A stretch of 64,000 bases of DNA, from contig JAWLHY010000001.1 in assembly GCA_041690135.1 (NCBI GenBank), positions 64,001-128,000 on the forward strand, given 5' to 3'. The notes under the pieces are model-generated. The model was not told the origin of the DNA. It was given only the letters and a program-made list of their open reading frames with translations, and searched no databases. A program made the translations under genes and the position numbers. How positions within the stretch are numbered: position 1 is the first letter of the stretch; the number at the start of each line of letters is the position of its first letter. This document shows positions 57,778 through 64,000 of the stretch, in pieces. This DNA is from Armatimonadota bacterium. GTDB lineage: Bacteria; Armatimonadota; SYMT01.

Positions 57778-59334
57778 GTGAAACTTCGTCCTCTCCTCCT
57801 CTTCCCGGCGCTGGCGACCTGCGCCTCCGCCGCCTACTCCACCGCCGCCCAACAGTCGGGCCAGCCTTCCGCGCGGCCCAACGTGATCGTGATCCTGGCC
57901 GATGATATCGGCTATGGGGATGTGAGCTGCTACGGTGCGAAGCGGGTGAAGACGCCCAACCTCGACCGCCTGGCAGCGCAGGGGCTGCGGTTCACGGACG
58001 GGCACGCGCCCTCGGCGACCTGTACGCCGACGCGCTACTCCCTCCTTACCGGAGAGTATGCCTGGCGGAAGAAGGGCACCGGGATCCTGCCCGGCAACGC
58101 CGGCCTGATCATCCCGACGGAAGGGGTCACCCTGCCCTCCATGCTGAAGCGGGCCGGGTACGCCACGGCGGTGGTGGGCAAGTGGCACCTGGGCCTGGGC
58201 GCGGAGACCGGGAAGCAGGATTGGAACGCGGAGGTGAAGCCGGGCCCGCGCGAGATCGGGTTCGACTACTCCTTCCTGGTGCCGGCGACGGGCGACCGCA
58301 CCCCCTGCGTGTACATGGAGAACCAGCGGGTGGTGGGCCTCGACCCCACGGACCCGATCGAGGTCCGGTACGGGATGAAGGTCGGCACCGATCCCACGGG
58401 CCGGGAGAACCCCGAACTCCTGAAGATGAAGCCGAGCCACGGCCACGACCAGACCATCGTCAACGGGATCAGCCGCATCGGCTACATGACCGGCGGGAAG
58501 GCCGCACGGTGGGTGGACGAGGACATGGCCGACACCATCACCCGCAAGGCGGTCGCCTTCCTGGAGCGGAGCGCCCCGAAGAGCCGGGAGCAGCCATTCT
58601 TCCTCTTCCTCCCCACCCACGACATCCATGTGCCCCGCGTCCCACATCCGCGCTTCGTGGGGAAGAGCGGCATGGGACCCCGCGGCGATGCCCTGCTGCA
58701 GTTCGACTGGACCGTCGGCGAGGTGATGGCCACCCTCGACCGCCTGAAGGTGGCGCGGAACACGTTGGTGATCGTGAGCAGCGATAACGGTCCCGTGGTT
58801 GACGACGGCTACCAGGACCAGGCGGTGGAGAAGTTGGGCGACCATGACCCCACGGGCCCCCTGCGCGGCGGGAAGTACAGCAACTTCGAAGCCGGGACCC
58901 GCGTGCCGTTCCTCGTCCGGTGGCCGGACCGAGTAAAGCCCGGCGTCAGTGACGCCCTGGTGTGTCAGATCGACCTCCTCGCCAGCCTGGCCGCCCTCAC
59001 CGGCCAGAAGCTCCCGCTGGAGGCGGCTCCCGACAGCTTTAACGTGCTGCCGGCACTCCTCGGCGATGCCAAAGAGGGCCGCGATCACCTTTTCGAACAC
59101 GCCGGCCAGGTGTCCGTCCGTAAGGGGAGTTGGAAGTACATCCCCCCGAGCCGGGGACCGCGAGTGCAGGCGAACACGGGAACCGAGCTGGGCAACGATC
59201 CGCGGGGACAACTCTACGACCTGAGCACCGACCTGGGGGAAACGAAGAACCTGATTGCCGAACGTCCCGAGATTGCCGCCGCCCTCGCCGCCCTGCGGGA
59301 GAAGGGGATGCGGGAGTCCCGAACCAGCCCTTGA
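57778..59334 (+). CDS. Arylsulfatase-family sulfatase
   Basis: PNVIVILADDIG, CTPTR (formylglycine motif), GKWHLG, SDNG. Confidence 0.95.
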   Translation: MKLRPLLLFPALATCASAAYSTAAQQSGQPSARPNVIVILADDIGYGDVSCYGAKRVKTPNLDRLAAQGLRFTDGHAPSATCTPTRYSLLTGEYAWRKKGTGILPGNAGLIIPTEGVTLPSMLKRAGYATAVVGKWHLGLGAETGKQDWNAEVKPGPREIGFDYSFLVPATGDRTPCVYMENQRVVGLDPTDPIEVRYGMKVGTDPTGRENPELLKMKPSHGHDQTIVNGISRIGYMTGGKAARWVDEDMADTITRKAVAFLERSAPKSREQPFFLFLPTHDIHVPRVPHPRFVGKSGMGPRGDALLQFDWTVGEVMATLDRLKVARNTLVIVSSDNGPVVDDGYQDQAVEKLGDHDPTGPLRGGKYSNFEAGTRVPFLVRWPDRVKPGVSDALVCQIDLLASLAALTGQKLPLEAAPDSFNVLPALLGDAKEGRDHLFEHAGQVSVRKGSWKYIPPSRGPRVQANTGTELGNDPRGQLYDLSTDLGETKNLIAERPEIAAALAALREKGMRESRTSP

Positions 59335-59469
59335 AGTACTGTTGGCAAACCGCAAGCTGGCGCCTGTCGCCACAACCTACGCTCTCGGGTAGAATCCAGA
59401 AGGGTGGCCAGACATCCTGAACCAACGTGAAGGCACCCTAGGCCATAGAGTAGTGAGGCGAGGTGCGTG

Positions 59470-59751
59470 ATGCCCACCATCACGGTGAAAGTGGAGATCC
59501 CAGAAGAGTTGCGGGAACAGTTTGCTGCACGCGTCCGAGCCCACGGAGGCGACCAGAGCGGTTATATTCGCGAAGTCCTGGAGCGTGAGTTGCGCACACC
59601 AAGTCCTGACCCGCAAATGACGTTCCGTGAGATCTTCGCGCCGGCAGAAGAGGGATTCCAGGCGACTGGAATGAGCGAAGAGGATCTGGTCGAATTCACG
59701 GAAGAGGAGATCAAGCGCTACCGCGCGGAGCGCCGGATGCGAGAGGCATAG
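59470..59751 (+). CDS. Putative ribbon-helix-helix antitoxin
   Basis: TITVKVEIPEEL...SGYIREVLERE; directly upstream of the PIN gene. Confidence 0.7.
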   Translation: MPTITVKVEIPEELREQFAARVRAHGGDQSGYIREVLERELRTPSPDPQMTFREIFAPAEEGFQATGMSEEDLVEFTEEEIKRYRAERRMREA

Positions 59752-59753
59752 CG

Positions 59754-60239
59754 ATGGTTGAGCCGCCTAAGCCCATCGTGATCTTTGATACCGGTGTGGT
59801 GCTGCAGGCGGTGCTTAACCCCATGGGACCGGCCGCCGACGCACTTTCCCAGTTTGATGGGGACCGCGTGTCCGTATACTTGAGCCCGCGCTTACGCAGC
59901 GAGTGGGAAGATGTGCTCATGCGTCCATCCATTCGGGCCAAGAACCGGAGCGTAACAGACGCGTAGGTCCGAGCGGCGCTGGACCGCTTCGACCGGCGTG
60001 CAGTGATGGTTCCGAACGCGCCCACCCATTACGCCTTTCCACGAGATCGGGATGATGAGCCGGTCATCAATCTAGCCATCCACGTAAAGGCTACCTATAT
60101 TGTCAGCCGTGATCGTGATTTACTCGATCTGATGGATCCGAGTCGCTCGGAGGGTCGAGAGTTTCTGCAGCGCTTCCCGCGGCTAAGGATCCTTGATCCA
60201 GTTGCGTTCGTGATGGCTCTGGATGGCACGCCTGGGTAG
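59754..60239 (+). pseudogene. PIN-domain toxin with an in-frame TAG stop at 59964-59966
   Basis: VIFDTGV...RDRDDE...IVSRDRDLL all lie in one frame across a single stop. Confidence 0.85.
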
Positions 60240-60278
60240 ACAACGCTTCGCGTCTGGTGAGACATCGACGCAGCACCG

Positions 60279-61178
60279 CTACCGATTGATCTCCGTAGCA
60301 GTGATGTGTTCCGCGACGAGGAGGTTGCCTTCGGCAAAAAGGAACGCTTGCTCCTCCGGCCGGGGAGAGCGGAACCGGAGGAACTCGTCCTCGCCAACCT
60401 GGGAAGTGTGCCCCGGCTCGATGCGGGCTCTGGACGTGCGGAGGTAGTCGAGGACGGAGCAGAACGTTTCGAAGGTGCTCTGGCCGTGGTCGTGCGAGGG
60501 GGTGTGCATGGCCAGGTCCGGCAGGTTCAGCAGCGGGCATCCGAACGTCCGCATCCAGACCCCAGGTACACCCGGGACGTCTCCTTTGACGAAGCCGGCG
60601 TACAGCATCAGCAGCGGGAAAGCGCGCAGCAGGGCCAGCATATTCTTGTCATTGCCGGGTGCAAACACGCCGATGGGCAGGGAAGTCCGCGCGCTCTCGT
60701 TGGCGACAAGCAGGGCGCCCTGCGGCCCGAGGCAACCGGCCACCGCGGCCAGTGCGACGTACTGCTCCAGCGGGTCGGATTCGTAACCCGCGTAGTAGAG
60801 CAGGAGGTGGGACTTCGCCTGGCGGGCCTGCTGCTTCAGCTCCTGGGGGTAATGGGCGGGAGCGACTACCGTCTCCACCACCTGCGGCGGCATCGGGGCG
60901 TTGAAGCCGACCAGCCGGATCACGTGCTTTCCCCAGCCGACCAGGCCCAACGGCGTGCCCTGCGCAGCCGTGGCCGTGTCCAGCTCGCACCTTGCTCCCC
61001 TCATGTCGCGGTGGTACTGCCGCAGGGTGGCGGTCAGCGCTTCCGGGTCGAGTGTTAACGCGCCGGGGAAGAGAATCTGAAGGCTGAGCGGTTTCTCCAG
61101 GGCGGGGTTCGCCGTGAGAGGGCCGGAAGCCTCGGGACCGCTGTCCTTACGGCCGAAGAAGCGTTCGAAGAGGCCCAT
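60279..61178 (-). CDS. DUF4261-like protein
   Basis: MGLFERFFG start with AAAGGAG RBS; WMRTFG...LPDL...YL...GHT C-terminal motif. Confidence 0.75.
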   Translation of the reverse strand: MGLFERFFGRKDSGPEASGPLTANPALEKPLSLQILFPGALTLDPEALTATLRQYHRDMRGARCELDTATAAQGTPLGLVGWGKHVIRLVGFNAPMPPQVVETVVAPAHYPQELKQQARQAKSHLLLYYAGYESDPLEQYVALAAVAGCLGPQGALLVANESARTSLPIGVFAPGNDKNMLALLRAFPLLMLYAGFVKGDVPGVPGVWMRTFGCPLLNLPDLAMHTPSHDHGQSTFETFCSVLDYLRTSRARIEPGHTSQVGEDEFLRFRSPRPEEQAFLFAEGNLLVAEHITATEINR

Positions 61179-61349
61179 GGGGTCTCCTTTCATGGGGAGG
61201 GGAAGCGCGGTGATTTCCCCCAGGATACCGCGCCCCGGTGGAAAGCCGCAGCCGGTTTGCGCTGCGGGGCGCACGAACCGGGCGGAAAGGGATACGTGCC
61301 CCGGAACGCGAACCTCCGTTCAGGATGTAGTTGGATCCGGAGGCATCAA

Positions 61350-61901
61350 ATGAAACGAACACGACGCGACGCGATGGCGACGGGGGCACTGCTGGTTCTG
61401 GGGCTGTCCGCGGGGATCGGATTGCCGCCGGCCGCCGCCCAGGAAACGGAAGATGAGAAGAAGCTGCTGAAGGTCGGCCAGGTGGCGCCGGACTTCACCC
61501 TGCCCCTGGTGACCGGCGGCGAGGTGACCCTGGGGAACCTGCTCAAGTTCGGTAAGGCGGTTCTCGTCGGCTTTTGGGGCATCGAGGAAGAAGACGGCGG
61601 CACGGAACTGGCAATGGTCCAGAAACTGCACAACGACATGCAGGCTAAGGGCCTGACCACCATCACCATCAACCCGGTCGATCCCATCGGCGACGTGCGC
61701 GACCACCTGAAGGAAGAGAAGATCGAGATCCAGGTCGCCATCGACGGCAAGGAGACGAACCGTGCCGTCACCAACGTCTACAAAGCGAAGAAGCTGCCGA
61801 CCTACTACCTCCTCGACCCGGACGGCAAGGTGCTGTGGCGCGGTATCGGCTACAAGGACGCGGTCCTGCGCGAGGCGCTCGCCAAAGCCGGCGTGAAATA
61901 G
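61350..61901 (+). CDS. TlpA/redoxin-fold protein lacking the CXXC motif
   Basis: KVGQVAPDFTL, VLVGFW, LPTYYLLDPDGKV; twin-Arg-like signal TRRDAM; no Cys. Confidence 0.85.
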   Translation: MKRTRRDAMATGALLVLGLSAGIGLPPAAAQETEDEKKLLKVGQVAPDFTLPLVTGGEVTLGNLLKFGKAVLVGFWGIEEEDGGTELAMVQKLHNDMQAKGLTTITINPVDPIGDVRDHLKEEKIEIQVAIDGKETNRAVTNVYKAKKLPTYYLLDPDGKVLWRGIGYKDAVLREALAKAGVK

Positions 61902-62262
61902 GTCGGCCGAGGCGTCCTCACCACAGAGGCACGGAGACACGGAGAAGACCACGGAGAGGGGAAGAGGAGAACCAGGTAGCAGAGCCCCTGGTGGGCGTTG
62001 GTCACGGTACGCGCTTGGAGTTTCCCGGGCTACCGTCTGATCACGGCCTGCCTGTCCTGGTCACGGTCTGGGCAATGGGGATCTCGGGCCCTGGTCGTGG
62101 GGACGGTGATCCTGCCCGGCGTGCGAACCCAGCACGCGGAATTCCGTGATTCGTTGTCGGGGTGGGGGGCGTGATGCGTGTCTCTGGCTCACACGATCGG
62201 CCGTGGGGGGCACGGAACCACGGAAGAGGGAAAAGGGAAGCGGATTGGGACAGCATCGTAGC

Positions 62263-63558
62263 ATGGGGGGCTGGGCGCGGGCCGGCCTGGCGCTGGCATT
62301 GATCGTACCGGCCGGGGCCACGCTGGCGGCGGACTGGCCGCACTGGCGCGGGCCGCAGCGCGCGGGCCTCACCACCGAGCTTTCCGGTTGGTCCGGCACG
62401 GCCTGGGCGGTCCGGCAGCCCGCCTGGAACGTGAGCCTGGGCCAGGGCTCTACCTCTCCCCTGGTGGTGGGGGACCGCGTCTACACCGCTGGTTGGGGAG
62501 GCGAGAAGGACCACGTCTACTGCCTCGATACCGCCACGGGCAAGACGGTGTGGGAACAGGCGTACCCCGCGCCCCGGTTCGGGCGCCACGCGATGGGTGA
62601 CCAGAACTTCTACTCCGGGATCTCCGCCAGCCCCGAGTATGATCCCGCCACCGGCTACCTCTACACCCTCGGGGCCGACGGCGCCCTCCACTGCTGGAAC
62701 ACGAAAGAGGGCGGGAAGCCGGTCTGGAACCTGAACCTCTACGACCAATACGGTGTCCCCCGCCGTCCCCAGGCGACCCGTCGCGGCGGTAGCCATCGCG
62801 ACTACGGCTACACCAGCGCGCCACTGGTGCACCAGGACTGGCTGATTGTGGAGGTTGGCGACGACGAGGGCGCCCTGATGGCTTTCGACAAGCGCACCGG
62901 CGAGCGCCGCTGGGCCTCCGAGAGCAAAGTCCCCGCAGGGCACTCCGGGGGACCGGTCCCGGTCACCGTCGAAGGCGTGCCGTGCGTGGCGGTCTACACC
63001 CTCCAGGGCCTCCTGGTCACCCGCCTCGACCCTCCGAACGCCGGCAAGACCGTGGCGGAATACGAGTGGATCACCGACTTCGCCAACAACATCCCCACGC
63101 CGGCGGTCCACGGCAGCAGCGTGCTGCTCACCTCCAACTACAACCAGCGCAAGATCGCCCGCCTCGACGTGACCCTCTCCGGCGCGAAGAAAGCCTGGGA
63201 GCAGCCGCTTTCTTCCGGCGTCTGCAGCCCCGTAGTCTACAAGGGCCACGTCTACTTCGCCAGCCGGGGCCTCAAGTGCTTCGACTTCAACTCCGGCGAG
63301 CTGAAGTGGGAGGGCGGCCGCTTTGGCGATGTGGCATCCCTGGTGGTGACCGGCGACGGCCGGCTGGTAGTCTGGGCCAACGAAGGCGACCTCGCCCTGG
63401 CCGAGACCGCGGAGCGCTCCCCGAACCAGTACACCGAACTGGCCTTCCTGCCCCGGATGTTCGCCACCGAAGTGTGGCCCCACGTCGTGCTTGCCAACGG
63501 CCGCCTCTACTGCAAGGACCGGGCGGGTAACCTGCGCTGCTTCGCCACCCGGCCGTAG
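62263..63558 (+). CDS. PQQ-binding-like beta-propeller protein
   Basis: DWPHWRGP, CLDTATGKTVW, PVV motifs, LANGRLY. Confidence 0.9.
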   Translation: MGGWARAGLALALIVPAGATLAADWPHWRGPQRAGLTTELSGWSGTAWAVRQPAWNVSLGQGSTSPLVVGDRVYTAGWGGEKDHVYCLDTATGKTVWEQAYPAPRFGRHAMGDQNFYSGISASPEYDPATGYLYTLGADGALHCWNTKEGGKPVWNLNLYDQYGVPRRPQATRRGGSHRDYGYTSAPLVHQDWLIVEVGDDEGALMAFDKRTGERRWASESKVPAGHSGGPVPVTVEGVPCVAVYTLQGLLVTRLDPPNAGKTVAEYEWITDFANNIPTPAVHGSSVLLTSNYNQRKIARLDVTLSGAKKAWEQPLSSGVCSPVVYKGHVYFASRGLKCFDFNSGELKWEGGRFGDVASLVVTGDGRLVVWANEGDLALAETAERSPNQYTELAFLPRMFATEVWPHVVLANGRLYCKDRAGNLRCFATRP

Positions 63559-63887
63559 GGGTCCTTACCGCAAAGACGCAAAGAACCGCAAAGGGCCGCG
63601 GAGAGTAGACCGGAAGAAACAAGATGGATAGGATCAGCAGGATGTCGCGATCGTAGGCTATATAGGCCGTCTCGGTGTGCACGCCCGACCCAGGCGCCGG
63701 ACAGGGATCGAGATGCGGTCGTGGTCAACAAGAACTGATCCTGGTGCATGCCCGGAGTCCTCGAGATCTCGGGGACTGAAGTTGTCTTGTTCTCATTCCC
63801 TCCAGGATGCGCCCGCGGAAGACGCTTAAGCACGGGGTTGGGGCTTGACCAGGGACGGGGTGCCGCCGGGCCGGCCGGGGAAATAGT

Positions 63888-64000
63888 TCAAGTGAACCGC
63901 TGCGGCTGGTCTTTGAGCGGCAGCTCCATCCAGAAGGGAAGAGGCCCCAGCTCCGCTTCCGCACACAGGGCTTTCAACTCCTGGCGCTCCCCTTCCGGGG
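63888..64000 (-). CDS. Possible 3' end of a gene entering from beyond the window
   Basis: Open frame PEGERQELKALCAEAELGPLPFWMELPLKDQPQRFT-stop. Confidence 0.35.
   Translation of the reverse strand, partial: PEGERQELKALCAEAELGPLPFWMELPLKDQPQRFT

Noticed and set aside
61350-61901. Selenoprotein redoxin
   Set aside because: No in-frame TGA at the active-site position

Overview
High-GC, chromosome-like bacterial window. It is rich in secreted hydrolases and beta-propeller proteins, and its gene content is reminiscent of Armatimonadota/Planctomycetota-type soil bacteria (inference only). It holds about 38 CDSs, one complete IS1380-family element that splits a kinase-cyclase-FHA gene, and many REP-like and short tandem repeats. 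Four regions stand out. (1) 54.78-56.47 kb: an unannotated, tandemly duplicated, highly structured >400-nt non-coding unit sits upstream of a divergent L25/Ctc (RplY) paralog, with a relic of that gene left between the two copies. (2) 38.4-40.8 kb: a plasmid-type replication initiator is preceded by 14 copies of a 16-bp CTCGTC-N5-TGACA iteron-like motif in two opposed blocks. (3) 0-13.5 kb: a lasso-leader peptide gene with an HprK-like kinase, a nucleotidyltransferase and an O-antigen ligase, flanked by two S8 proteases, with no lasso cyclase in the window. (4) 19.2-29.8 kb: a 2037-aa secretin-like protein with huge insertions lies behind two beta-propeller genes. All calls come from motif reading by eye; no searches or folding programs were run.
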